DNA from: Vulcanimicrobiota bacterium
GTDB taxonomy: Bacteria; Vulcanimicrobiota; Xenobia; Xenobiales; JADMJV01
Length of the DNA stretch: 64,000 nucleotides
Assembly (NCBI GenBank): GCA_050250895.1
Contig: JBFWNU010000002.1
Location: forward strand, 128,001 to 192,000
Reading direction: 5' to 3'
The translations under genes were made by a program, and so were the position numbers. The first letter of the stretch is position 1. Each line of letters opens with the position of its first letter. The notes below the pieces were generated by a model. That model searched no databases. It was not told the origin of the DNA and was given only the letters and a program-made list of their open reading frames with translations. This document shows, one piece after another, positions 10,085 to 18,724 of the stretch.

Positions 10085-10118
10085 AAAGAAAAAGACGCGA
10101 TCCGGAGACCGCGTCTTT
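10085..10118 (-). terminator. Intrinsic terminator closing ncRNA copy 1
   Basis: Minus strand AAAGACGCGGUC-UCCG-GAUCGCGUCUUU-UUCUUU (G-U pair only in this orientation). Confidence 0.85.
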
Positions 10119-11241
10119 CGAAGCTCGCCTTCTTCCCAGTCCAGCCAGCCTGCTTCGCTTTTTCGAGTCGAACACTCTAACATTCGCCTTTGACGCTGGG
10201 GCGTCACGGTAAATCGAATGTTACCGTTGCCTGGCCGCCTTCCCACCTGCACCAGGCTCCCGTGGTCCGCCTAAGCCGGCTCTTGTCGCCAAGATTTTCT
10301 CCCTCGCGGGACCGTCTAGTGCGCCGGGCCTCGTTTCGAATGCCTTCAGACGAAACGCTGCGCATTGCTCTGGTCTGTATGCTACCCCTGCTCCATTTTT
10401 CACGCTCTCGCGTCGCGGTTTCTAGCAGTTCCGCCCCCGCTTTCGGCGCCTTCGCGCCCGGCCCGAGTTGCCACCCATCGGCTCCACCGCCGTGGGCTTT
10501 CAGGCGATGCCTCGCCTTCCGTTTTGTCCAGTCGGCTCTGGGCGATTCTGCGGTCTGATCGCAACCCCGAAGTCTTTGGCGAGAACTCTCATCCTCGCGC
10601 GGCCACCTTCGTTCCGCTGCCCGAGTGCCGTCCTGCTCTCGAGCCCCCACTTCTACCCATCGCCGGCGCTGCTCTCGAGATGTCTCTCGGTCAGCCTTGA
10701 CCCTCGCGGTTCCGACCCGGGCCGTGGGCCCTGTCACCCCAACTAGAGGGCGACTTCAGCATCTCTTTGGGTCGATGCACCCCTGCGCTCTTTGTTCACA
10801 GCCTGCCGGCTGTCGCGGCTTGAGTTCTCGCTTGCGCTCGAACCGTCGCAGTTCCGCTGTTGTGCGCGTCACCGCACTCCCCACATCACCGGGCGGGGCC
10901 GGACACCTTCAGGCAGGTGCTCCTCACTCTCTCTTGCCACCGTGGAGTGGCGCGGCCTCGAGTGTTCCGCTGCCCGGTCACCAACCGGACTTCTCGCTTG
11001 GCCTTGTCTGGCGGCACTTCCGGGTTACCCCGGTCGCCCTTTCCCCTCGCGGGTTCCAAAGCCGGCTATCGAGCCTGTCTTCGTCTTTCCAGTGAAGACC
11101 CTGGAGACGCTTGCTGGTGCATCGCTTGCGCGGTAGACCACGAAGGTTTGCGTCTAACCTCTAGCGCTTCGACCGTGACCCGTCGGGGACGCTAGGCCCC
11201 TCCGCCTCTCTCGCTTGGCGGGGCGACTCCGTGACTGGAGT
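10086..11241 (-). ncRNA. Candidate large structured ncRNA (~1155 nt), class unknown, copy 1
   Basis: Bounded by a sigma70 promoter and a terminator, with no credible ORF. Purine-rich minus strand with GNRA hairpins (10301-10310, 10824-10843, 11020-11033) and a 9-bp stem at 10178-10186/10215-10223. Duplicated. Confidence 0.75.
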
Positions 11242-11247
11242 GAATGC

Positions 11248-11276
11248 AATCTATCCCATCTCGCTCGATCCGTCAA
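11248..11276 (-). promoter_or_regulatory. sigma70-type promoter
   Basis: TTGACG-17 bp-TAGATT on minus strand, with an A-tract upstream (about 11283-11290). Both hexamers are identical in copy 2 while the spacer varies. Confidence 0.8.
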
Positions 11277-11337
11277 CCCCTGATTTTTTCAGGCTTTGAA
11301 GCTCTCTAAGGCCAGTCCTGATCTGGGTTTTGCGTGT

Positions 11338-11380
11338 TTGTCCACCGGGTTATCCCCAATCGTGTGTCCGTTTGTTCACA
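11338..11380 (+). promoter_or_regulatory. Three co-oriented DnaA-box-like 9-mers
   Basis: TTGTCCACC, TTATCCCCA and TTGTTCACA (1-2 mismatches to TTWTNCACA); conserved in copy 2. Confidence 0.4.
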
Positions 11381-11475
11381 AGCTGGCAACCCGATGTTTG
11401 CCTTCTGTTCGTCGTCGGCGTCGAGGCAAGGCGCCCTGGTCGCCAGGCTACTAGATCGGTCACGAAGAATGTCCG

Positions 11476-12459
11476 ATGATGCGGAACCTTCTCTTGCTGA
11501 CCTGCCTGCTGGCGCTGGCCGCCTGCAGCCGGCCCAGTTCACCCGTGGTCGAGACCCCCCGAGCAACCCCTTCGGCCGCTCCGGTGAAAGCTTTGCCCGC
11601 CTTCTCGGGCAAGCTCATCCGCGAGTTCGAGCACGATGGGTTTTACGATCAGTATCTGGCCTTCAGTCCCGATGGGAGGTATCTGCTCAGCTGGCTGCCC
11701 GAAAAGGTGACGGTCTTCGAGGTGGCCTCCGGCAAACCAACCGGAAAGTTGCCCGAGGGACATTTTCCCCTGGGTTTCTCGACCGACGGCAAGACTCTCA
11801 CCACTGGCGGGGACGGTGTGCTCGAGAGCTGGAAGCTGCCCTCGCTCGAGCCACTCGGTAAGACCAAGACCGTCAAGCAGACGGGCGCTGATGGTTTTCG
11901 CCTGGTCGAGTGGAAGAGCGGCAAGAAGTCGCTGCTGGCCGCGGGAGGGCGGGTGATGGCCTGGCCTTCGGTGGCTAAGGACTACCCCGTGAGCCCCTAC
12001 AGTGTCTACTACTCGAGCGGGTCAAACCTGCTCGCCTTTTCGAACGGCCAGGCGGCCACCGTGCTGGATCCTGCTCACGAGGAGCAGGCCTGGGACACGC
12101 CCGCCCTGGGTCGCAGCGTCACCAGTCTGGCCGTAAGCCACGACGGCAAACTGCTGGTCTCGGGCAGCATGGACGGCTATGTCAGTGTGGTCGACATTCC
12201 GTCGCGCCAGCTGCTCGCTGCCGACGGCGTGCCTGGAGAAATTCGCTGTCTGACGCTTGCGTCCGACAATCGCACCATCGCGGTCGGCTGCGGTGACGGG
12301 ATGTCGGCGGTCGCGATCCTCGATGCCGCAAGCCTGAGGCCGGTGGGCGTCGTCAAGCCGGGCCTGTCCAACACCTGGGCGCTAGCCATCAGCCCTGATG
12401 GCAAGACCCTGGCCACCGGCAGCGATGATGGCAAAATTCGCCTCTGGCAGCTGTATTAA
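11476..12459 (+). CDS. WD40-repeat lipoprotein
   Basis: Lipobox LAAC; AFSPDGRYL, AVSHDGKLLVSGS.DG and AISPDGKTLATGSDDGKIRLW. Confidence 0.9.
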   Translation: MMRNLLLLTCLLALAACSRPSSPVVETPRATPSAAPVKALPAFSGKLIREFEHDGFYDQYLAFSPDGRYLLSWLPEKVTVFEVASGKPTGKLPEGHFPLGFSTDGKTLTTGGDGVLESWKLPSLEPLGKTKTVKQTGADGFRLVEWKSGKKSLLAAGGRVMAWPSVAKDYPVSPYSVYYSSGSNLLAFSNGQAATVLDPAHEEQAWDTPALGRSVTSLAVSHDGKLLVSGSMDGYVSVVDIPSRQLLAADGVPGEIRCLTLASDNRTIAVGCGDGMSAVAILDAASLRPVGVVKPGLSNTWALAISPDGKTLATGSDDGKIRLWQLY

Positions 12460-12800
12460 AGCAAGAAGTCTTCCAGGCGGCCCACCTGGGCCGCTTTGAG
12501 GGCTAACTGCCGGAGTTCCTCCAGGTCGTTGAGTTTAGCCAGACTTGCTTCGAGTTCGGCTGGTAATTCGCCAAATCGCGAGGACAGCAACGACTTGACC
12601 ATCCAGCGAGAGTTCTCGATCTGACCTTGCTCCAGTCCAACCTGACGGCCTTGCTCGAGTCCAACCTGACGGCCTTGCTCAAGTCCAACCTGACGGCCTT
12701 GCTCGAGTCCAACCTGGCGACCCTGCTCGAGGCCTTCCTGACGGCCTTGTTCCAGGCCCTTCTCGATACCCATCTGTTCGAACGAATGAATGTAGGGCAC
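12456..12800 (-). CDS. Predicted RpnS-like internal small protein
   Basis: In-frame GTG at 12800 preceded by AAGGAGG-acgcc. Confidence 0.55.
   Translation of the reverse strand: MPYIHSFEQMGIEKGLEQGRQEGLEQGRQVGLEQGRQVGLEQGRQVGLEQGRQVGLEQGQIENSRWMVKSLLSSRFGELPAELEASLAKLNDLEELRQLALKAAQVGRLEDFLL
12625..12758 (-). repeat. 24-bp tandem repeat x5.5 encoding LEQGRQ(V/E)G
   Basis: ccttgctcNagtccaacctgacgg units. Confidence 0.95.
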
Positions 12801-13456
12801 GGCGTCCTCCTTTTCATACTCTGCCAGCTTCTGGGCAAATTGTAAAGAGTAGGGCGGTGGCAGGGTCATCATCCAATCCAATAACCCGGCTAGCTTTAGA
12901 ATGTCGGCTCGGCTGAGCCCTCGATGAAACAACCCACGATGCAAGCGGGCCTTGATATCGACCCGGCGGCGATACTTGCCCTGAGTCGCCTGCGTCCATA
13001 GGTGGAATGACACGAAGGCCGCGAAAGGGTTCGGGTGTTCTTCGAGCTCGGCCAGGCGCGGCCGCAGGTCGAGCAGCTTGACGGTGGGGAAGTGGAACTC
13101 CAGCCGGCAGCCGAAGCGATCGCGCATGAAGCTCCGAGGCCTCCAGGTCGGCGAGGTGTCGCCCAGGATGGCCAGCGAACAGAGATCTTCTCCGAAGCGA
13201 TCAAAGACCCGATAGTTGTAGATGTAGACCCGGCGGGCGAAGTGGTCGTCGGTTTGGGCCTGGACTTCCACCTGGAAGTAGAACCAGCCTGGGCGACCGT
13301 CGAGCAGGCGCACCTTGAGCAGCAGGTCACACTCGCGCGGGCCCATTTCGGCCTCGCGGGTGATAGCCTGCAGCTCCTTATCGAGAGAGGTTACCGGCTC
13401 AGACCAGTCGACCGCACTGGCGATAGCCGGGAAGAAGAACTCCAGGAAGGGCTGGA

Positions 13457-13589
13457 CCACCTTCGGGCGTCGGCCCGGCCGCGGCTTGACGGGAACGGCG
13501 AGAACGCAAGATCAGAATAGGAGGCTGGGCAGGGTCGGGCGTTCTCGCCGCTCCCTTCGGCGCTTCGCGCCGCGCCGCTGGGCCGACTT
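13457..13589. mobile_element. Small palindromic (MITE/REP-like) insertion
   Basis: Nested inverted repeats 13491-13507/13539-13555 (16 of 17) and 13469-13476/13580-13587; flanked by TGGA direct repeats at 13453 and 13590. Confidence 0.55.
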
Positions 13590-13633
13590 TGGATGGCGTC
13601 TTTCCAGGGCGAATCATAGCAATCGTTCGGCAT

Positions 13634-13697
13634 AGCCGTGAATGCTTCGGCGAGGCTCGAGACCGTCCCGTCGAGCGAATTGCTAACTTCCGTTTAC
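13634..13697 (-). promoter_or_regulatory. Conserved 5' leader, copy 2 of 3
   Basis: agaccgtcccgtcgagcgaattgctaactt at 13660-13689 is 29/30 identical to 30508-30537. Confidence 0.65.
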
Positions 13698-13741
13698 TCC
13701 CGGTTCGAGGGCGAATGCAAAGAGCCGCGAACCTTCTCTCC

Positions 13742-15085
13742 ATGGCAAAGAGCGAGTTTCTGGCCTTGCAGCGGGCCGTCGGTCGGGTCGATTCGAGCGG
13801 AACCTTCACCGTCGCGGGCCATCAAGCGGCCTTCAAGCTGGGAGCTCACCAACTGCCCCGCTCGAGCGCCTGGATCCTCAAGCTGGTTCAGGCCGCCGTG
13901 GTGAGCGGAGCCGAGCAGATCCGAGTTCGACAGGGAGCGGTGGCCACCGAGATTCGCTTTCAGCCTGACGAACTGCCCGAACTCGCCCAGGTTCAGGCCG
14001 CTTTCGAGAAGCCGGCCGGGAAGCACTCGCGCTTTCTCACCCATCTGCTGGCCGGGCTTTTGTCGGCGGCCGTGGGTCAGGGCCGCCCCTTCACCCTTCG
14101 CCTGAGCCAGACCGACCAGCAGACCGAGTTCGTCTGGACCGGCGAAGAGCTGTTGCAAAGCGCTCGGACCCGCCCGGCCAAGAACCTGGAGGTCTTCATC
14201 GGAGTAGCCCGAGCGGTCGGAAATCCGGCTGCCCAGAACGCGGCCGAGGCCAAGGAGTTGCAAGAGCTGGCTCACGCTTGTCCGGCCGATCTGGTGCTCG
14301 ATGGGCGTCGTCTCGACCCGGTGGCTCTGACCCACCCTCGGCCGGCTCCCAAACTGGTCTCTCACTGGCCCTATCGTTTCTCTTCGAAAAACGGCATCGA
14401 GGCCTGGATCTATCTGGCCGTGGGCGGCCTCTCGGGTCAGGGCCTGCGGCTGGCTCCTAGCGTGGCCCGCTCGGCCCATCGTCGAGCCCTCTCCGACCGC
14501 CTCACCGATGCCCGACCGCTACTGGTGGCTCTGCCCGACGACCCCGATTGCCTGGCTCTGTTTAGATTGGATTACTTCTACGACCTGGGCCGCCAAAAGC
14601 CAATCCCTCGGGCCTCCACCTGCCGCTGGCTGGTCGATGGGGTGGTGGTGGACCAGCACGATTTGCCCCTCGATGAAAGTGGGGTGGCCCTGACGCTCTA
14701 CCTCGACGGTAGCGACCTGGCGACCGATCTGTCTGGCTTCGCCTTCCAGGGCGACACGGTCGACACGCGCAATCAGCGCATCGACCAGGCTGTCGAGCGG
14801 CTGCATCGCGAACTTCCCGAGCTTGGCTCACAGCTGGGCCGCAGCCCGACCCGACCCGGCTGGAAGTACACCATCCTTGGCTTCCTTTGGTGCCAGCTCT
14901 GGTTTAGCCCATTCTATTTGCTCGTCACGCCGCTGGCGTTGCCCCTGGTTCCTTACACCGCTGTGGCCACTCTGGCCGACCTGCGCTCGACCAAGCGCAC
15001 CCTGATCAGTCATCTCGCCGCGGCCCTGGAGCTTTTTCATCTAGGCCTCGGCCGTCGGCCGGCTGAGGCACTCTCCGCCGACTAA
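13742..15085 (+). CDS. Hypothetical protein with degenerate GHKL-ATPase-like N-terminus and C-terminal TM helices
   Basis: G..DSSGTFT..QLP....WILKLVQAAV motif; hydrophobic C-terminus; start inferred. Confidence 0.65.
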   Translation: MAKSEFLALQRAVGRVDSSGTFTVAGHQAAFKLGAHQLPRSSAWILKLVQAAVVSGAEQIRVRQGAVATEIRFQPDELPELAQVQAAFEKPAGKHSRFLTHLLAGLLSAAVGQGRPFTLRLSQTDQQTEFVWTGEELLQSARTRPAKNLEVFIGVARAVGNPAAQNAAEAKELQELAHACPADLVLDGRRLDPVALTHPRPAPKLVSHWPYRFSSKNGIEAWIYLAVGGLSGQGLRLAPSVARSAHRRALSDRLTDARPLLVALPDDPDCLALFRLDYFYDLGRQKPIPRASTCRWLVDGVVVDQHDLPLDESGVALTLYLDGSDLATDLSGFAFQGDTVDTRNQRIDQAVERLHRELPELGSQLGRSPTRPGWKYTILGFLWCQLWFSPFYLLVTPLALPLVPYTAVATLADLRSTKRTLISHLAAALELFHLGLGRRPAEALSAD

Positions 15086-15119
15086 AAAGAAAAAGACGCG
15101 ATCCGAAGACCGCGTCTTT
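15086..15119 (-). terminator. Intrinsic terminator closing ncRNA copy 2 (possibly bidirectional)
   Basis: Same stem as copy 1 with a C(UUCG)G loop and U-tract; lies directly after the convergent stop at 15085. Confidence 0.85.
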
Positions 15120-16238
15120 CATAGCTCGCCTTCTTCCCAGTCCGGCCAGCCTGCTTCGCTTATTCGAGTCGAACACTCTAACATTCGCATTCGACGCTGG
15201 GGCGTCACGGTAAATCGAATGTTACCGTTGCCTGGCCGCCTTCCCACCTGCACCAGGCTCCCGTGGTCCGCCTAAGCCGGCTCTTGTCGCCAAGATTTTC
15301 TCCCTCGCGGGACCGTCTAGTGCGCCGGGCCTCGTTTCGAATGCCTTCAGACGAAACGCTGCGCATTGCTCTGGTCTGTATGCTACCCCTGCTCCATTTT
15401 TCACGCTTTCGCGTCGCGGTTTCTAGCAGTTCCGCCCCCGCTTTCGGCGCCTTCGCGCCCGGCCCGAGTTGCCACCCACCGGCTCCACCGCCGTGGGCTT
15501 TCAGGCGATGCCTCGCCTCCCGTTTGTCCAGTCGGCTCTGAGCGATTCTGCGGTCTGATCGCAACCCCGAAGTCTTTGGCGAGAACTCTCGTCCTCGCGC
15601 GGCTGCCTTCGTTCCGCTACTCGAGTGCCGTCCTGCTCTCGAGCCCCCACTTCTACCCATCGCCGGCGCTGCTCTCGAGATGTCTCTCGGTCAGCCTTGA
15701 CCCTCGCGGTTCCGACCTGGGCCGTGGGCCCTATCACCCCAACTAGAGGGCGACTTCAGCATCTCTTTGGGTCGATGCACCCCTGCGCTCTTTGTTCACA
15801 GCCTGCCGGCTGTCACGGCTTGAGTTCTCGCTTGCGCTCGAACCGTCGCAGTTCCGCTTTGTGCGCGTCACCGCACTCCCCACATCACCGGGCGGGGCCG
15901 GACACCTTCAGGCAGGTGCTCCTCACTCTTTGACCACCGTGGAGTGGCGCGGAGTCGAGTGTTCCGCTGCCGGTCACCAACCGGACTTCTCGCTTGGCAT
16001 TGTCTGGCGGCACTTCCGGGTTGCCCCGGTCGCCCTTTCCCCTCGCGGGTTCCAAAGCATGGCCTTCGAGCCTGTCTTCGTCTTTCCAGTGAAGACCCTG
16101 GAGACGCTTGCTGGTGCATCGCTTGCGCGGTAGACCACGAAGGTTTGCGTCTAACCTCTAGCCCTTCGACCGTAGCCCGTCGGGGGTGCTAGACCCCACC
16201 GCCTCTCTCGCTTGGCGGGGCGACTCCGTGACTGGAGT
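15087..16238 (-). ncRNA. Candidate large structured ncRNA (~1150 nt), copy 2
   Basis: As copy 1. The GUAA loop becomes GCAA (16016-16029), still GNRA; indels relative to copy 1 break putative ORFs. Confidence 0.75.
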
Positions 16239-16244
16239 GAATGC

Positions 16245-16273
16245 AATCTAACCCATCTCGTCCGATTCGTCAA
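16245..16273 (-). promoter_or_regulatory. sigma70-type promoter
   Basis: TTGACG-17 bp-TAGATT. Confidence 0.8.
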
Positions 16274-16334
16274 CCCCTGATTTTTTCGGGCTTTGAAGCG
16301 TCTCAAAGCCAACCCCGAGCAGGGTCTTGCGAGT

Positions 16335-16377
16335 TTGTCCACCGGCTTATCCCCAGCAGCGTGTCGGTTTGTTCACA
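16335..16377 (+). promoter_or_regulatory. Three DnaA-box-like 9-mers (copy 2)
   Basis: Identical 9-mers and spacing to 11338-11380. Confidence 0.4.
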
Positions 16378-16516
16378 ATCTGATAACCTGGTGTTTACAT
16401 TGCACGGTCGACTTGGTGAGTCGTCAATTAACCTGTTTGTGACGCCGGGCAGCTACCTTGAGCTCTATACTTGTGGTGGCCAAGTCTCTCTCACGAACCC
16501 AATGCAGGAGGAGCCC

Positions 16517-17302
16517 ATGAAGGTTGGCTCAATGAAGCGCCAACAGGCCATTGGTGCGCTCGAACGTCGTCAGCAGGCCGCTCTGTGTCAGGGAGATCAA
16601 GATCTCGCTACCCAGCTCTCGAAGGACCTGGTCTTCATCAAGAAGAGTCGCGGCGGCACGGTGCTCGACATGTATCGAGGGGCGGTTCGCCGCAGTCAGC
16701 GCGAGGATTGGGTGGCCCAGCACACCAGTCTTTGTGGCGCGGTCGGCGGGGCGACCCTCGGAACGACTGCCGGGGCCGTTATCGGCCAGGTGAGCGGCGG
16801 GACGGCCGTGCTCGGCGGTGTATTGGGTTGCCTCCTAGGGACGGCCTTTGGCGCCCTGGGTGGTCTGGCCTATAACGACTTTTATGACTGCCCGCATGTC
16901 GGTTCTGACATCGTGGCAGCTCTCGATCGCAACGCTTCGCTTTTGGCTAGCGAAGTCAGCCAGCCGACCCACCAGCTGCCCACCATCGCTCGCAGCGAGG
17001 TCGAAAAGCAGCTCAACAACGACAAACAACTTCTCTCTGACGAGGGCAAATTGGCCGAGACCATCCAGCTCGAGAACGCTCTCAACCGGTTTAACAGGCA
17101 CTCTGACATGAATCTGAGCGATCTGCTGATCTGGGCCCTGAGCGAGCGCAACTCTGCCACGGTAAAGTCGCTGGGCACGCTGCTGAGCCACGAGATGACC
17201 ACTGATGAGATCAAGCAGCTGATGGTCACCACCGAACCGGGCAGTCTGGAGTGGCTCGAAGACGAGATCAAGATCGGCGACCAGACTCTGCCCAGAGTCT
17301 AG
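16517..17302 (+). CDS. Hypothetical glycine-zipper membrane protein
   Basis: AGGAGGAG SD before ATG 16517; GxxxG-rich hydrophobic hairpin. Confidence 0.8.
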   Translation: MKVGSMKRQQAIGALERRQQAALCQGDQDLATQLSKDLVFIKKSRGGTVLDMYRGAVRRSQREDWVAQHTSLCGAVGGATLGTTAGAVIGQVSGGTAVLGGVLGCLLGTAFGALGGLAYNDFYDCPHVGSDIVAALDRNASLLASEVSQPTHQLPTIARSEVEKQLNNDKQLLSDEGKLAETIQLENALNRFNRHSDMNLSDLLIWALSERNSATVKSLGTLLSHEMTTDEIKQLMVTTEPGSLEWLEDEIKIGDQTLPRV

Positions 17303-17417
17303 ACGACTCGGCGTGGCCCGGGAAGCTGCCTGCGTTTGCCGGAGCGAATCGTGTTCGGGAGGAGTTTCGTTGTCCGCGCCTCTAACTTGAGTGGAATTCA
17401 AAAGCATGGAGGCGCGA

Positions 17418-18719
17418 ATGTCCACCAGGGACCTCGAGGAAAAGCCCCGCACGTGGGTGGGGGTGCAGGTCGAACTAGGCCTGACCACCATAGACCGCGG
17501 GAAGGCTGACGCGGTCATATGGGTTGACGGCGAAAGTCAACGGTTGCGTAGCCTTGATTTCGTTCCGGTTGGCAGTGGCCTGACCCACTTTTCTCGCGGC
17601 CTGCTTCAAGCAATCCACGATGGAGAAGCTCCACCGCCGGGTCGTTTGCTGGTCGAGGCGCCAGCCCAGGTGACTGCCCTGGGCGGGCTCTCAGAACTCG
17701 ATGGCATCTCGATGGAAGTGGACCCGAGTGCGACTTCACTGGCCTGGTCCACGATGAGACCTATTTTGGAGCAGTTAAAGGCCGGAGCGGGCTACGGCTA
17801 TCTGATCGACCACGATCTCGACCCGGATAGGGTCGGCGAGTTCTTTCGCAAGGTCGACGAGTTCTACGATTTAGAGCTGCCGAGCGGCTATCTGATGCTC
17901 GAGGGCTTAAGGGCTGAGCCCCTCTATCTCCACCTCGCGCCGCTGCGGACGTTGCCGGCTTTAAGGGTCTACTATTCTCTGGACTTCTACAACCTCATCG
18001 CGTCGGGCCTAACCGGGGCGGTCTTTTCGTTCCCGTCCCTATTCTTGACTCAGGCTTCGCCCAAGGTCCCTCACCTGGCCCTGGAAGTTGAGGTTCTGAG
18101 CAAAGGGTGGGTGGTTCACCCGCTGGGGTTGCCGATGCTGCTCAACCTTGGCCGCCCTGAGCGGGTGCATCCGACGGCCGACGAGCTGGAGCTGATGATC
18201 TCTGTTTTGGACCATTTGATAGCCTTTCTTGACCCCGACTCAGGGCGCCCCCCGAGCGAGGTCGTGATGGAGTGGTTCGAGCCCTCGGAACTCACCCCGG
18301 TGCCCGAAAGCGACCAGCAGCTCGGCGCCCGCCTCGAGGAGCTTTGGGCTCAGGGCGTACCCTATCAGGCCATCGGCCTGGCCACACGGGCGGTTAGCCT
18401 CCAGGCCAGCTCGCTGAGGCGCCACTGGCTGGCCGACCTCTACTTCAGGCTGGACGTGTACGACGAGGCCTCGTTACTTTGGAGCACGTTTCGCGAAGAC
18501 AAGACGCCCGAGTGGCAGGCGGTGGGAGCGCTCTGCGAATGTCGGGTCGGTCATCTGGCCTCGGGTCGGCGGCTTCTGAAGAAGGTGCTAAAGAAGGCTC
18601 CCGACCTCGGGGCGCGCCTCTTGCAGGCCAGCTCGGAGGACGAGTTCAGCAAGCGCTGGCGCGGGCATTGGCAGAGCTGTCCCGAGGCGGTCCAGGTGCT
18701 GCGTGAGTTGGTGGGCTAG
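17418..18719 (+). CDS. Hypothetical protein with TPR-like C-terminus
   Basis: GGAGG SD; long ORF; helical C-terminal repeats. Confidence 0.7.
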   Translation: MSTRDLEEKPRTWVGVQVELGLTTIDRGKADAVIWVDGESQRLRSLDFVPVGSGLTHFSRGLLQAIHDGEAPPPGRLLVEAPAQVTALGGLSELDGISMEVDPSATSLAWSTMRPILEQLKAGAGYGYLIDHDLDPDRVGEFFRKVDEFYDLELPSGYLMLEGLRAEPLYLHLAPLRTLPALRVYYSLDFYNLIASGLTGAVFSFPSLFLTQASPKVPHLALEVEVLSKGWVVHPLGLPMLLNLGRPERVHPTADELELMISVLDHLIAFLDPDSGRPPSEVVMEWFEPSELTPVPESDQQLGARLEELWAQGVPYQAIGLATRAVSLQASSLRRHWLADLYFRLDVYDEASLLWSTFREDKTPEWQAVGALCECRVGHLASGRRLLKKVLKKAPDLGARLLQASSEDEFSKRWRGHWQSCPEAVQVLRELVG

Positions 18720-18724
18720 CCGGG

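Larger units (their letters stand above)
10085..11399. repeat. ~1.3-kb direct repeat, copy 1 (copy 2 at 15086-16397)
   Basis: Colinear alignment by eye, offset about 5.0 kb. Roughly 95% identical in the core, with small indels; more diverged in the last ~100 bp. Confidence 0.97.
12456..13633 (-). pseudogene. Rpn/DUF4351 paralog interrupted near its 5' end by a ~135-bp insertion
   Basis: MPNDCYDSPWKDAI (13633) and QPFLEFFFPAIA... (13455 onward) lie in different frames; both match the intact copy at 4525-5538. Confidence 0.85.
15086..16397. repeat. ~1.3-kb direct repeat, copy 2
   Basis: Aligns with 10085-11399. Confidence 0.97.

Noticed and set aside
10058-11195. Many short ORFs on both strands inside the duplicated region (also 15205-16192)
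   Set aside because: No host codon bias or recognisable domains, and indels between the two copies scramble most of the frames.
11338-11380. Replication origin
   Set aside because: Only three imperfect boxes, no AT-rich unwinding element or dnaA/dnaN nearby, and the region is duplicated.
4706-12758. 24-bp tandem repeats as regulatory or CRISPR repeats
   Set aside because: They are the ordinary coding xEG/QG repeats of Rpn C-termini.
13486-13524. TTGACG plus AGGAGG inside the palindromic insertion as a portable promoter
   Set aside because: No -10 hexamer at 16-18 bp spacing and no start codon properly placed after the SD.
10085-16397. Repeat as an IS element, group II intron, rRNA/tRNA or assembly artefact
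   Set aside because: No transposase or RT, terminal inverted repeats, GUGYG/domain V, rRNA motifs or cloverleaf were seen. The copies differ at dozens of positions and have distinct flanks, unlike an artefactual duplication.
16241-16516. N-terminal extension of ORF 16241..17302
   Set aside because: Runs through the ncRNA promoter region; a strong SD supports ATG 16517.
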